From Acidobacteriota bacterium (GTDB lineage: Bacteria; Actinomycetota; Acidimicrobiia; Acidimicrobiales; RAAP-2), in the NCBI GenBank assembly GCA_019352095.1, contig JABBNY010000001.1, forward strand, positions 24,122 to 78,041: 53,920 nucleotides of DNA. The letters are read 5' to 3'. The translations under genes were made by a program, and so were the position numbers. Below, piece by piece: positions 1 to 12,781 of the stretch; positions within the stretch are counted from its first letter, which is position 1, and each line of letters opens with the position of its first letter. The notes beneath the pieces are model-generated. The model saw only the letters and a program-made list of their open reading frames with translations. It was not told the DNA's origin and did not search any database.

Positions 1-54
1 GGGCGCCGCGAAGATACTTGAGGGACTCGAGCGCGCTTGGGAACGTCGCGCCGG

Positions 55-2535
55 CTAGTCCTCTTCGTCTTCGCTCGCCACCACCGCTGCGGTCGCAACC
101 GAATGACCTTCGTCGAGGTTCATCACTCGAACCCCGGTGGCGTCACGCCCCTGCGAGGAGACTTCGCGTACCGCGGTACGAATCAACACTCCCCCGCTCG
201 AAGCGAGCAGGATCTCATCGTCGAGATGCACCATGAAGGCCGCCACCAAGAAGCCGCGCGCGGCAGTCAGTCTGATGGCGCGTACACCCTGACCACCACG
301 GCCCTGGCGGTTGAAGCGTTCCACCTTCACTCGCTTGCCAAATCCGGTGTCGGTGACAATGAACAGGTCGGCGTCATCGCGCACCACGTCAAGTGAGATC
401 GCCTTGTCGTCGTCCTTCAACTTGATGCCGCGCACCCCCATGGAGTCTCGACCAACCTCGCGGACCTCTTCTTCGTTGAATCGGATCGACATACCCCGAA
501 AGGTCACCACCATGAGGTCGTCGGCGCCGCTCGTCGCGACAACTCGCACGACCTCGTCCCCTTCGCGCAGGTTGATAGCGATCCAGCCTTCACGACGAGA
601 TTTGTCGTATTCACTGAAGGCTGTCTTTTTGACGGTGCCGTTGGCGGTTGCGAAGACGAGGAATTTGTCCTTTGGGAAGTCGGTCGTGGTGACGATCGCT
701 TGAATCTTCTCATTCGGTTGAAGGTTGAGCAGATTGACGATGGCCGTACCCTTGGCCGTGCGCTCCTTCATTGGTATCTCATGGCCGCGGAGGCGAAACA
801 CACGTCCACGGTTCGAGAACATCAGCACGAACGCGTGGGTCGTGGTGTGGACAATCTGCTCGACGAAATCCTCGTCCTTCAACTTGGCACCCTGGACGCC
901 ACGGCCACCACGGCCCTGGACCCGAAACGAGTCCGCGGCAACGGACTTGACGTAGCCGGCTTTGGTCATCGTGATGACGATCTCTTCGTCCTTGATCAGG
1001 TCCTCGGCGCCGAGCTCACCCGGGTCGTTCACGATCTGAGTGACACGGTCATTCGCGTACTTGTCGCGAATCGCGGTCATCTCGGTCGCGATGACGCCGC
1101 GAAGCTTCACGTCACTGGCGAGGATTGACTGAAGTTCGGCGATCGTCTCGCGCAACTTGGCCATCTCGTCTTCGAGTTCGCTACGTCCCAGTCGGGTCAG
1201 ACGACCCAGGGTCATGTCGAGGATGTGGTTGGCCTGCTCCTCGGAGAATTCAAAGGGTGCGGCCATCAATGCGCTACGCGCCTCGCCGCGGTCATCTGAG
1301 CCACGGATTGCGGCGATGACCTGATCGAGCATGTCAATCGCCTTCAACAGACCCTCGACGATGTGTGCGCGGGCCTCGGCCTTGCGCAGGCGGAACTGGG
1401 TTCGTCGGGTAACGACCTCGATCTGGTGGGCAATGTAATGCGTCAGTGCCTGGGCGAGATTGAGGGTACGAGGAACACCGTCAACCAACGCCAGCATGTT
1501 GACCGCGAACGTGGTCTGGAGTGAGGTGTTCTTGTAGAGCTTGTTCAACACGACGTTCGCGTTAGCGTCGCGCTTCAATCGAATGACGAGTCGGGCCTGT
1601 CGACCCGCAGAGTCGTTCTGCACCGCCGAGATGCCATCGAGGTCGCCATTCTTCACGAGGTCGTAGATCTTCTCTTCGATCGATTCCACCGAGACCTCGT
1701 AGGGGAACTCGGTGACGACAATGCGTACGTCACGGCTGGTCTCTTCGATCTCGGCGACGGCGCGCATCTTCACTGACCCGCGACCGGTCCGATATGCGTC
1801 AAGGATGCCTTGTCGACCCAGGATTTGGGCCCCCGTGGGGAAGTCCGGGCCCTTCACGTACGCCATCAAGTCGTCGGGCGTCGCTTCAGGGTGCGCCAGC
1901 AGATGTAGGGCGGCGTCGATCACCTCACCCAGGTTGTGTGGGGGGATCTTGGTCGCCATACCAACCGCAATACCTTGCGATCCATTGACCAACAAGTTCG
2001 GGAATCGTGAGGGCAATACCGTTGGCTGCTGGGTCGAGTTGTCGTAGTTCGGCTCGAAATCCACGGTGTCCTCGTCGATTGAATCGAGGAGTTCGAGTGC
2101 GAGTGGTGCGAGACGGCATTCCGTGTAACGCATCGCGGCCGCGCCCTCGTCGGGTCCAGTGCCGCCGAAGTTGCCGTGTCCACTGATGAGCGGGTGACGC
2201 ATTGAGAAGTCCTGCACCATGCGCACCAAGGCGTCATAGATCGCACTGTCACCGTGGGGATGATACGTGCCCATGACCTCTCCCACGACTTTGGCGCACT
2301 TGGTGTGGGGTCGATCAGGTCGAAGACCTTGGTCGAACATCGAATAGAGAATTCTTCGATGAACTGGCTTGAGCCCGTCTCGGGCGTCAGGGAGCGCGCG
2401 CGACACGATGACCGACATCGAGTACTCGAGGAACGACCTCTCCATTTCGAGGTTGATTTCAATGGGTTCGATATACCCAACGACACCGTCGTCCTGTGGT
2501 GTGTCAGAACCTGAATTTGAACCTTTTCGTGCCAT
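55..2535 (-). CDS. gyrA: DNA gyrase subunit A
   Basis: 826 aa; RALPDARDGLKPVHRR, YHPHGDSAIY, catalytic AAMRYTE, GyrA box QGRGGRG, C-terminal pinwheel repeats; follows gyrB. Confidence 0.98.
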   Translation of the reverse strand: MARKGSNSGSDTPQDDGVVGYIEPIEINLEMERSFLEYSMSVIVSRALPDARDGLKPVHRRILYSMFDQGLRPDRPHTKCAKVVGEVMGTYHPHGDSAIYDALVRMVQDFSMRHPLISGHGNFGGTGPDEGAAAMRYTECRLAPLALELLDSIDEDTVDFEPNYDNSTQQPTVLPSRFPNLLVNGSQGIAVGMATKIPPHNLGEVIDAALHLLAHPEATPDDLMAYVKGPDFPTGAQILGRQGILDAYRTGRGSVKMRAVAEIEETSRDVRIVVTEFPYEVSVESIEEKIYDLVKNGDLDGISAVQNDSAGRQARLVIRLKRDANANVVLNKLYKNTSLQTTFAVNMLALVDGVPRTLNLAQALTHYIAHQIEVVTRRTQFRLRKAEARAHIVEGLLKAIDMLDQVIAAIRGSDDRGEARSALMAAPFEFSEEQANHILDMTLGRLTRLGRSELEDEMAKLRETIAELQSILASDVKLRGVIATEMTAIRDKYANDRVTQIVNDPGELGAEDLIKDEEIVITMTKAGYVKSVAADSFRVQGRGGRGVQGAKLKDEDFVEQIVHTTTHAFVLMFSNRGRVFRLRGHEIPMKERTAKGTAIVNLLNLQPNEKIQAIVTTTDFPKDKFLVFATANGTVKKTAFSEYDKSRREGWIAINLREGDEVVRVVATSGADDLMVVTFRGMSIRFNEEEVREVGRDSMGVRGIKLKDDDKAISLDVVRDDADLFIVTDTGFGKRVKVERFNRQGRGGQGVRAIRLTAARGFLVAAFMVHLDDEILLASSGGVLIRTAVREVSSQGRDATGVRVMNLDEGHSVATAAVVASEDEED

Positions 2536-2548
2536 ATTTCCTTCTTTC

Positions 2549-4918
<2,370 letters not shown>

Positions 4919-4922
<4 letters not shown>

Positions 4923-6001
4923 ATCACCACCTTCGTCAGGTCAACAATTGCCGCAGGGTTCATCCCCAACGGTAGTGGTGTCGACGTGGTGACGAGGGTC
5001 TGGCCAACCGGGAGGAGTTGGAGCAATCGGTCACTACGAAGTGGGTCGAGCTCTCCAAAGACGTCGTCAAGGAGCAGTAGGGGGTCCAATCCTCGTTGTT
5101 GTCGAACGAGTTCGTGCCCCGCGAGACGCAACGCCAGCGCCAATGAGCGTTGTTCTCCTTGGGAGGCTTGACGACGCGCGTCACGACCAGAAAGACGAAG
5201 GGTGATGTCATCGCGTTGTGGGCCAATGGTCGAGTGTCCTCGAAAGCGGTCGTCGTTGAAACTCGCCTTGAGGGCACTGGGGAGTTCGCCCTTCCACGAT
5301 CGCTCATAGGTGACTTCAACCAGCAGGTCGTTCTGCGCCAAGGATTGGTAGAAGTGCGTGGTGAGTGGGGCCAGATCTCTCAAGAGCGTTGTTCGCGCAT
5401 CGAGCAGTCGTTCTGCGCTGAGACAAAACTCGAGGTCCCACGTCTCAAGTTCTGCTCTTTGTGTCACGGTGGGGTTCTCCCCCGCGAACGAGCGCAGCAG
5501 GGCGTTTCGTTGGCTCAGTACATGATTAAACCGTTCGATGATGTCACCAGTTGACAGGTCCACGTCAGTGAGGAGATTGGTGAGGAGGGTCCGCCGATGT
5601 TCAGGGCCTTGGCGAATGATGTCGACACCTTCAGGTGTGAAGACGGTGAGTGGTAAAACTTCGGAAAGCGCCGCTCGTGACTGTGGCCGCAGACCATTGA
5701 CCAACATCCGCTTGGTGGTATTTCTGACACCTTGCGAGAGTGTGAGATCGACCTGGATTCTTCGTTCGTGTTGAAAGACAACACCGTGGACCTCGGCGAG
5801 TGACGCGTGTGTGCGGATCATGTCACTCGCACTGCTCGTGCGAAATGAGTTGGCGGTCGCTAGGGCGTAGACCGCTTCCAGGATTGACGTTTTGCCAGTC
5901 CCGTTCGCCGACAACAAGACGGTGATCGCCTCGTGGTTCGGCTCGAACACGAAGTCATGGAAAAGACGAAAGTCACGAAGTCGTAATTCGTGGAGTCCCA
6001 C
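4919..6001 (-). CDS. recF: DNA replication and repair protein RecF
   Basis: NGTGKTSILEA, GPQRDD, ASQGEQR signature, LLLLDDVFGELD Walker B; synteny. Confidence 0.95.
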
Positions 6002-6016
6002 GATCCCTGGACCGGG

Positions 6017-7117
6017 CTACTGAACGCGCACCGGCATCAGGAGATACCGGAAACGGGTGTCGTCGACACCGTGAACCATCGCGGGTCGAACGGCGTCGGA
6101 CATTTCGAGCACGACTTCGTCGCCCGGCACGGCTTCGATACCGTCTATGAGGAAACTGGGGTTGAACGCGATGGTCATCTCTTCACCGCTGTAATCGGCG
6201 TCGACGTTGTCCTCGACGTCACCGGCGTCATGACTTTGTGTTCTGATCTCAACCGTCTTTTCTCTCATTGTGAGACGAACCGAGGAAGTTGAATCCTTGG
6301 CGAGGAGCTTCGCTCGTTTCAGTGAAGTGAGCAGGGTGTCTTTGGCGATACGCATCTGGTTGGGGTAGCTCGCGGGAATCAATTGTAGGACTGAGGGATA
6401 GTTGCCATCGATGAGCCGCGAGGCAATGGTTGTCGTCCCCACGATGAAACAGATCTCTGCGTCGGTCAAGGTCACGCCGATTTCTGCTTCGGCACTCAGT
6501 GCCGCGGCCGCCCTCTGGAGCTCCTGGAGTGCGCGGGCGGGCACCAGTAGATCGTGGTTCCCGCCGACACCGGAGACTCCCGGAACATCTCTCACAGCGA
6601 GTCGGTAGGAGTCTGTAGCGATGAGACGAAGGGTTCCTGCCTCGGTGGTAAACAACACGCCCGTGAGTAGAGGACGCGCATCGTCATTCGCCGCGGCACG
6701 AACCACTTGATTTAGACCTTGAATCAAATCAAGTGCGGCGATTGTTGTCAGCGCACCACTCACTGGTGGGAGGTTGGGGTAATCCATCACCGAGAAAGTA
6801 CGAAGTGAGAACTTCGCTCGACCGAGCGAGACCTCCACTGTTTCTTCACTGCTGGCGATCGTGACGGCACCAGCCTCGAGTGAGCGAACCGCGTCAACGA
6901 TGAGGCGTGCCGGCACAACACATGAGCCGTCTTCAAGTCCGATGACGTCGACCTTTGTGCGAACTGTGATATCGAGATCGGTCCCGGTGATGGTGAGGTG
7001 ATTACCCACGAGCGAGAGGAGGACACCGGACGACGCTCCGATGAGGCGTGTAGCGACGACTCGACTTGCGGCACTTAGGGCCTCGACCAAGATGTCGCGC
7101 TCAGACTTGAACTTCAT
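6017..7117 (-). CDS. dnaN: DNA polymerase III beta sliding clamp
   Basis: 366 aa; GTDLD, ATDSYRLA, IAFNPSFL, YLLMPVR; downstream of dnaA. Confidence 0.97.
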   Translation of the reverse strand: MKFKSERDILVEALSAASRVVATRLIGASSGVLLSLVGNHLTITGTDLDITVRTKVDVIGLEDGSCVVPARLIVDAVRSLEAGAVTIASSEETVEVSLGRAKFSLRTFSVMDYPNLPPVSGALTTIAALDLIQGLNQVVRAAANDDARPLLTGVLFTTEAGTLRLIATDSYRLAVRDVPGVSGVGGNHDLLVPARALQELQRAAAALSAEAEIGVTLTDAEICFIVGTTTIASRLIDGNYPSVLQLIPASYPNQMRIAKDTLLTSLKRAKLLAKDSTSSVRLTMREKTVEIRTQSHDAGDVEDNVDADYSGEEMTIAFNPSFLIDGIEAVPGDEVVLEMSDAVRPAMVHGVDDTRFRYLLMPVRVQ

Positions 7118-7365
7118 CAGACTGCCTTTCTTTGTTACTGAGGTTACGGTGTGTTGTTATATAGAAGGGTGGTTAGTAGTAGTAGGGCTGTGGATTTGGG
7201 GATTACTCCACAAAACACCTGGTTAAACGGATATTTTTTTTGGACTTTCATACACATCCCTGTGTCTAACTGTCTCAACTCGAAGCGTTCAACCTTCAAG
7301 TTCTGTGGAGTAACAAAGAGTTAACAACGGTTGTTCCACAGCCTGAACCGAAGGTTGCGCACAAA
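7118..7365. other. Chromosomal replication origin oriC (dnaA-dnaN intergenic region)
   Basis: AT-rich 248 bp; TAG x4 DnaA-trios 7174-7185, GGC, tandem boxes TGTGGATTT 7189-7197 and TGGGGATTA 7197-7205; further box-like 9-mers at 7204, 7248, 7261, 7304, 7332, 7355; genes diverge around this locus. Confidence 0.9.
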
Positions 7366-8733
7366 TTAATCCCTTCCATCCCCCTGAAGACGTCGCTTGA
7401 GCTGATTGATTTGTGCGAGGAGTTCGGCGTTGACCGCAAGTTGCTCACGTATCTTTTCCACACCACTGATGACCGTTGTGTGGTTACGCCCATCGAAGAT
7501 CCGAGCAATCATCGGATAGGAGTAATTGTCCAATAGGTCGCGAATCAAGTACATCGCGACGTGGCGCGCGTGAACTAGTGGTCGCAGCCGTTTGGAACCA
7601 CGGACGTCTTCGACCGACAACCCATAGAACTCCGACACGACTGACAAAATGGTCTCGGGTTTGAGGATGATCTGTTCTTGCCCGAGGTTGGTGAGATGGT
7701 TGCGAGCTAGTTCCAGCGTTATGGGCTCTTGGCGAAGATTGGCGAATGCCCGCAACATCGTGATCGACCCTTCGAGTTCGCGGATGTTGTCGCGCACTCG
7801 CTGCGCAATCCACTCTGCGACATCACCCGGGAGATCAATCCCCTCACGTTCGGCTTTGGAGCGAAGAATGGCGATTCTCGTCTCGAGGTCAGGTTGATCG
7901 ATCTCGGTGACAAGGCCTTGGAGCAAACGACTTCGAAATCGCTCCTGGAGTCCCGCGAGGTCACGCGGTGAACGGTCAGACGTGAGAACAATCTGCTTAC
8001 CCTCCCCGTGCAGTGCGTTGTAGGTGTGGAAGATCTCTTCGTGGAATGTTTCACCACGCGTCTCCATGAACTGAATGTCATCGATCAACAACACATCGTT
8101 TTCACGGTACCGATCGTGTAACGCAAGTTGCGTTCGTGTTTGAATCGCACGAATGAAATCGTTCAGAAATGTTTCAGTCGACACATAGAGAACTTTGCGA
8201 CCTGGATAGTTCTCTTGCACGTAGTTGCCAATGGCGTGAAGTAGGTGTGTCTTCCCCAACCCTGAGTTGCCATAAATCATCAAAGGATTGTACGCACGAC
8301 CAGGTGTTTCAGCGACTGACTGCGCAGCGGCGAACGCGAGTCGATTGGATGATCCTGGCACGAAGGAATCGAACGTCATGCGAGGGTCCAAACGAACGGG
8401 ACGATCGACGCTCGGCAAGAAGACCGACGCGGGTGCAGTCGTTACGACCTCAGAAGCATTCTCACGATCTTCGTTTGTGTTCTGTTGTTCACTCACCGTT
8501 AGCGAAACCATCACCTTGGAACCAACGAGCTGTTGTGCCTGCTCGGTGATGAACGGGAGATAGCGTTGTTGGACGCGAAGTAATTGAATCTGATTCGGTG
8601 CACCGATGACAAGTTGGTCATCGTGGTAATCCACAAGGTGAAGTGTGTTCAGTCCAGCGGACCACACCGCCTCAGAAGCGTTGCCACGTAAGGAGTCACG
8701 AAGGGCTGACCATATCTCCTCACCATTTTGCAC
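7366..8733 (-). CDS. dnaA: Chromosomal replication initiator DnaA
   Basis: [39 protein letters not shown]; start moved to GTG 8733 after GGAGG. Confidence 0.98.
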   Translation of the reverse strand: MQNGEEIWSALRDSLRGNASEAVWSAGLNTLHLVDYHDDQLVIGAPNQIQLLRVQQRYLPFITEQAQQLVGSKVMVSLTVSEQQNTNEDRENASEVVTTAPASVFLPSVDRPVRLDPRMTFDSFVPGSSNRLAFAAAQSVAETPGRAYNPLMIYGNSGLGKTHLLHAIGNYVQENYPGRKVLYVSTETFLNDFIRAIQTRTQLALHDRYRENDVLLIDDIQFMETRGETFHEEIFHTYNALHGEGKQIVLTSDRSPRDLAGLQERFRSRLLQGLVTEIDQPDLETRIAILRSKAEREGIDLPGDVAEWIAQRVRDNIRELEGSITMLRAFANLRQEPITLELARNHLTNLGQEQIILKPETILSVVSEFYGLSVEDVRGSKRLRPLVHARHVAMYLIRDLLDNYSYPMIARIFDGRNHTTVISGVEKIREQLAVNAELLAQINQLKRRLQGDGRD

Positions 8734-8761
8734 AACGTTCCTCCACAGACCCACAGCGACC

Positions 8762-8770
8762 TTATCCACA
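8762..8770 (+). promoter_or_regulatory. Perfect DnaA box upstream of dnaA (autoregulation or bipartite origin)
   Basis: TTATCCACA exact consensus, with degenerate CCACA boxes nearby. Confidence 0.85.
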
Positions 8771-8942
8771 AGTGTTTTTGGTCGAAATCGACCGACTAGC
8801 ACTCGGGGAGAGTCACCCTACACCTATTTATGCGCCTTTACCAAGGGGTGCTCCTGGTCGGGTAAGATTGTTCCCAGTAGCGCGCCAGCGACCCCCAGGG
8901 GGTACCGCGAAGCGCATCAAGAGAATTTTGAGAAGAGGTTTT

Positions 8943-9077
8943 GTGAAGCGTACCTACCAGCCAAATAAGCGAAAAAGAGCAAAAACACACGGTTTTCGCG
9001 CCCGTATGCGCACTCGTGCCGGCCGTGCTGTCCTAAAAGCCCGTCGTGACAAGGGTCGTCACGAGCTGACGGTCTGA
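8943..9077 (+). CDS. rpmH: 50S ribosomal protein L34
   Basis: GTG start, [22 protein letters not shown]; divergent from dnaA. Confidence 0.97.
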   Translation: MKRTYQPNKRKRAKTHGFRARMRTRAGRAVLKARRDKGRHELTV

Positions 9078-9085
9078 GCGGATCA

Positions 9086-9415
9086 GTGCCCGGTCGGGTT
9101 CGAACCCGACGGCAATTCGCGCGTTTCACCACTCCTTCACGTCGAGGAAAGAGCGGGCCACTAAGAATCAGTTATGTTGCCCACGCTGACGACGCTCGGT
9201 CAGTGGATGTGGCGTACGCGATAAGCCGAAAGGTCGGGAATGCGGTTACTCGTAACCAAATTCGACGGCGGCTCCGGGCCCTGATGGACTGCTTGGTTCC
9301 GGCCCCCGATCCAGGTTCCTACCTGATCAGGTGCGGTAACGAGACCGGGAATCTTTCCTATGACGAACTACAACACCACCTCCAACGAGCACTCGAGCGA
9401 TCCAATGGACGCTAA
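9086..9415 (+). CDS. rnpA: Ribonuclease P protein component
   Basis: AISRKVGNAVTRNQIRRRLR; position after rpmH. Confidence 0.93.
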   Translation: MPGRVRTRRQFARFTTPSRRGKSGPLRISYVAHADDARSVDVAYAISRKVGNAVTRNQIRRRLRALMDCLVPAPDPGSYLIRCGNETGNLSYDELQHHLQRALERSNGR

Positions 9416-9662
9416 GACTTCACCCGCGGCCAAATTCTTCATGCGGATAATCACCGTGTACCAGCGTTTGACCTCGGGGCGACCATCCCCTTGTCGTTTC
9501 TACCCCTCCTGCTCCAACTACGCCCTGGAAGCCATCGAGGTCCATGGGGCGCTGCGAGGAACCGGGTTGGCCGCACGTCGACTGAGCCGCTGTCGACCCC
9601 TTGGTCCACACGGCGTTGATCTAGTACCTGAACCAAAGAAAGCTAGGAGTTCGAAGTCATGA
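9405..9662 (+). CDS. yidD: Membrane protein insertion efficiency factor
   Basis: CRFYPSCSNYALEAI..HG..RLSRCRP; ATG 9405. Confidence 0.93.
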   Translation: MDAKTSPAAKFFMRIITVYQRLTSGRPSPCRFYPSCSNYALEAIEVHGALRGTGLAARRLSRCRPLGPHGVDLVPEPKKARSSKS

Positions 9663-10582
9663 AGTCATTCACTCACGCAATTGGCTCGGTCTTCCAGCCA
9701 ATCTTCCACCTCTTTGGTGCGATCCTGGCGTTCTTTTACGGGGTGATCCCTAACTATGCAATTGCAATTACCCTGCTCACAGTGGTAATTATGGGTGCGC
9801 TGACACCCTTCACCATCAAGAGCACCAAGTCGATGATGGCAATGCAGAAATTGCAGCCGGAGATAAAGAAGCTTCAACAAAAGTACAAAGGCCCGGAGAA
9901 TCGGGCACTTTTGAACGAAGAAATGATGAAGCTGTATCGAGAGGAAGGTGCCAACCCCGTCGGCGGTTGCCTACCAGTACTCCTACAGGCTCCATTCCTC
10001 TTCATCCTCTACAGCGTGATCAAGGGTCTTGCAAACCAGGTGTTGGTTAACAAGGTCCTTGTACCACAACCTCGCTACATCCCCACCGGTTCAAAGATGT
10101 ACCACAACCTTGTTGCCTCACACGGACAGATCAAGGCCTTCGGCATGGACCTCAATCTGAAGCCCTTCCCGATCAGCGCCCACGGTTCATTCGCCGCCGC
10201 AATCCCATTCTTCGTCTTGGTCGCGGCGGCCGTTGGATTGCAGTATTTCCAGATGGCCCAGATGAACAACCGCAATAAGAAGACCGGCCAGAACGTGCCG
10301 AGTCAACAGCAGGCCATCCAGAGATTCCTCCCGATTATTTTTGCATACTTCTATTTGATTATCCCGGCAGCAGTGGTGTTGTACATGATTATTTCAACCA
10401 TTATCCGGATAATTACTCAAGACCTCATGTTCCGATCAGGGGTTTCGAATCCTGAGAAGAACGGCGTTCGGGCAATCCCATCACCGGAAGCAAAGGAAGA
10501 GAAGATCGAGGAACAACCCTCAACCTTAAAGCCCCAACCACAGTCTCGCTCCAAGGCGAAGCGGAAAAGAAAGGCGCGTTAA
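9659..10582 (+). CDS. yidC: Membrane protein insertase YidC
   Basis: MQKLQPEIKKLQQKY, NPVGGCLPVLLQAP, multiple TM segments. Confidence 0.95.
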   Translation: MKSFTHAIGSVFQPIFHLFGAILAFFYGVIPNYAIAITLLTVVIMGALTPFTIKSTKSMMAMQKLQPEIKKLQQKYKGPENRALLNEEMMKLYREEGANPVGGCLPVLLQAPFLFILYSVIKGLANQVLVNKVLVPQPRYIPTGSKMYHNLVASHGQIKAFGMDLNLKPFPISAHGSFAAAIPFFVLVAAAVGLQYFQMAQMNNRNKKTGQNVPSQQQAIQRFLPIIFAYFYLIIPAAVVLYMIISTIIRIITQDLMFRSGVSNPEKNGVRAIPSPEAKEEKIEEQPSTLKPQPQSRSKAKRKRKAR

Positions 10583-10585
10583 CCC

Positions 10586-11455
10586 ATGGATTGGGTAGAA
10601 ACAACTGGAAAATCAATTGACGAGGCAACCGAGCGTGCCCTGGCACACCTAGGCGTACATCGTGACGATGCCGAAGTCGAAGTACTGGAAGAACCCAAAG
10701 CTGGATTGTTTGGTCGCGTTCGTGGAGAAGCCAGGGTGCGTGCTCGTGTACGCCCGACTGGACCGCGTCCCAAGCGCTCGCGACGATCAGGTGGTCGTGA
10801 AGACCGGCCGCGTGCAGGCTCGCGTGAAGACCGGCCCCGCGGATCAAAGGGCCCTGAAGGAGACGCTTCTCGTAAGGAGAAGCGTAAGGGTGACGGCGGA
10901 GCAAAGACGGTGAAGAAGGAACCGTCGAATGGCGCAACAAAAACGAAGAAGGTCTCAATTAAGGAGGACACCATGGCTGAAGGAATTTCCCTGGCCGAGC
11001 AAGGTTCGATTGCGAAGGAGTTCCTCACCGGACTTCTGGCGTCAATGAACATCACCGCAGAAGTCTCGGTAAAAGAGATTGACGAGGAGACAGTGGAGCT
11101 CTCTGTGAACGCCAACCCCCCCACAGAGCTGGGTGTGTTGGTGGGACCTCGCGGTGCGACACTCCAAGCCCTGCAGGAGGTCACACGCACAGTGGTCCAG
11201 TCGAAGAGCCCTAGCCGGACCGATCGGATCCTCGTGGACGTGGCACAGTACCGCGAACGCCGCGTTGCTGCACTTGGGCGTTTTGCCCAACAGGTTGCGA
11301 CAGAAGTCATCGAGACAGGTGAAGAGCGCGCGCTTGAACCAATGTCTGCGGCCGACCGCAAGGCTGTACATGATGCGCTCACCGATAATGCATCGGTGGT
11401 CACCAGATCAGAAGGTGAAGAACCTCGCCGTTTTGTGGTGGTCGCTCCGGCATAA
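10586..11455 (+). CDS. jag: Jag/EloR/KhpB RNA-binding protein
   Basis: Jag_N (TGKSIDEA), KH domain (VGPRGATLQALQ), R3H (RKAVH). Confidence 0.93.
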   Translation: MDWVETTGKSIDEATERALAHLGVHRDDAEVEVLEEPKAGLFGRVRGEARVRARVRPTGPRPKRSRRSGGREDRPRAGSREDRPRGSKGPEGDASRKEKRKGDGGAKTVKKEPSNGATKTKKVSIKEDTMAEGISLAEQGSIAKEFLTGLLASMNITAEVSVKEIDEETVELSVNANPPTELGVLVGPRGATLQALQEVTRTVVQSKSPSRTDRILVDVAQYRERRVAALGRFAQQVATEVIETGEERALEPMSAADRKAVHDALTDNASVVTRSEGEEPRRFVVVAPA

Positions 11456-11462
11456 TTGACCT

Positions 11463-12086
11463 GTGAATACTGATTGGTTGTCTCGCGCCCTCGAAGAATC
11501 GAGGGCGCGAGGCTTTTTAGGGCCTGGGGCAATTGAGCCGCACATCGCACACGCACTGGGCTTCGCTTCCTGCTGGGACGATATCTCACCCACTCCCCCA
11601 ACGTCGTTCCTAGACCTTGGGAGCGGAGGAGGATTGCCGGGGTTAGTCCTACTCGAACATTGGAGTTGCCGAGGAGTCTTTGTGGATTCCATGGTGAAGC
11701 GGATGAATTTCCTGCGAGAGGTCCTGACATGGCCAGGTGCACCTCAGTACGGTGAGGTGATCACAGGTAGGGCGGAGCAAATTGCGCGAGAGTCCGACTT
11801 CGAGGGGTCATTCGACGTGGTCACAGCCCGCTCCTTTGGCCCGCCCGCCGTTGTCGCTGAGTGCGCCGTTCGTTTCTTGAAAATCGGGGGAGTGCTCATC
11901 GTTTCAGAGCCCCCCAACGATGAAGACGTTTCCCGCTGGGACGAGCGGGCGCTCGGGCGGCTAGGACTTGAGAGCAGAGGTCGAGTCCGCCACAATGCTG
12001 CCTACCAAGTACTGGTGAAGGTTGCTCCAACACCGCAAGAATTTCCTCGCCCTATCGGTGTGCCAGGGAAGAATCCCCTGTTTTGA
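11463..12086 (+). CDS. rsmG: 16S rRNA m7G527 methyltransferase
   Basis: DLGSGGGLPG SAM motif, GRAE, FDVVTARS; precedes parA. Confidence 0.92.
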   Translation: MNTDWLSRALEESRARGFLGPGAIEPHIAHALGFASCWDDISPTPPTSFLDLGSGGGLPGLVLLEHWSCRGVFVDSMVKRMNFLREVLTWPGAPQYGEVITGRAEQIARESDFEGSFDVVTARSFGPPAVVAECAVRFLKIGGVLIVSEPPNDEDVSRWDERALGRLGLESRGRVRHNAAYQVLVKVAPTPQEFPRPIGVPGKNPLF

Positions 12087-12087
12087 A

Positions 12088-12103
12088 TGTTTCACGTGAA
12101 ACA
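12088..12103. promoter_or_regulatory. parS site 1
   Basis: Perfect palindrome TGTTTCACGTGAAACA. Confidence 0.95.
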
Positions 12104-12452
12104 TATGTGATTCGAGTAGTCCTGAAACTCATCGGCGACTTAGGTCTGCAGGTTGCGCGAAGGGTTCGAGAATGAGTTCCACATTGAGAATCGCGGCAAT
12201 CTACGTGAATCGAGTGTGTCACCGAACAGGATGATCGTGAAAGCCGTAACGCCAGGACGAGCGCGAGCATCTTCCCATGCCGTGTGTCGCGCTTAGAGCC
12301 GCGAACGGTGTGATTTCCAGACTAAGGGTCAATTCGTAGAGAGAACCTGTTCACCTGAAGCATCCAAGCGTCAGATTGCGGCACTCTATGGCTGTATCGG
12401 CCAGGTTTCACACAGGAGAACCAGGGGAGACCCTTGAATCAGGCCCGAGCGA

Positions 12453-12468
12453 TGTTTCACGTGAAACA
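12453..12468. promoter_or_regulatory. parS site 2
   Basis: Perfect palindrome TGTTTCACGTGAAACA. Confidence 0.95.
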
Positions 12469-12566
12469 ATCTCGGCCTTTCTCGCCAAGTATTCGTCCCC
12501 TACTCCCCTTTTAGGCGGACTGATTTCAGCATTTGGGAAGATCTGCTGGCAGAGTCGCTGAGGAAA

Positions 12567-12582
12567 TGTTTCACGTGAAACA
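12567..12582. promoter_or_regulatory. parS site 3
   Basis: Perfect palindrome TGTTTCACGTGAAACA, extended by AAA/TTT flanks. Confidence 0.95.
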
Positions 12583-12678
12583 TTTGAACATTGGCCAATT
12601 TGCGCCATTGGCGATACCCACAATTCCCCTACTGGGGTGAGTAATTTGAAGGAAGCAGAGCTAAACGTTTGAGTTGAA

Positions 12679-12694
12679 TGTTTCACGTGAAACA
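12679..12694. promoter_or_regulatory. parS site 4
   Basis: Perfect palindrome TGTTTCACGTGAAACA. Confidence 0.95.
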
Positions 12695-12781
12695 TCGGTA
12701 CTTGACGTATTCTCAAATAGCGTGTTGAATGGCAGGGGTTCGACGAGGTGTCGGGAAGTTCATTAGGTCGGGAAGAGGCTC

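Noticed and set aside
8891-8905. ACCCCCAGGGGGGTA as a second CsoR box
   Set aside because: Left half lacks TAC and the spacing differs; more simply a hairpin in the rpmH leader
10796-10836. 14-bp direct repeat CGTGAAGACCGGCC in jag
   Set aside because: Small duplication in a low-complexity linker (REDRPR x2); no sign of a mobile element
10579-11742. 387-aa antisense ORF over jag, and similar long shadow ORFs (e.g. 3767-4585, 16158-16982, 52074-52856)
   Set aside because: Opposite well-supported genes in GC-rich DNA; no motifs
12088-12694. Repeated palindromes as a CRISPR array or REP elements
   Set aside because: Only 16 bp, spacing 112-365 bp, exact parS consensus, next to parAB, no cas genes
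12052-12716. Short ORFs in the parS region (VSRET / MFHVKH peptides)
   Set aside because: These peptides are just translations of the parS palindrome; no coding evidence
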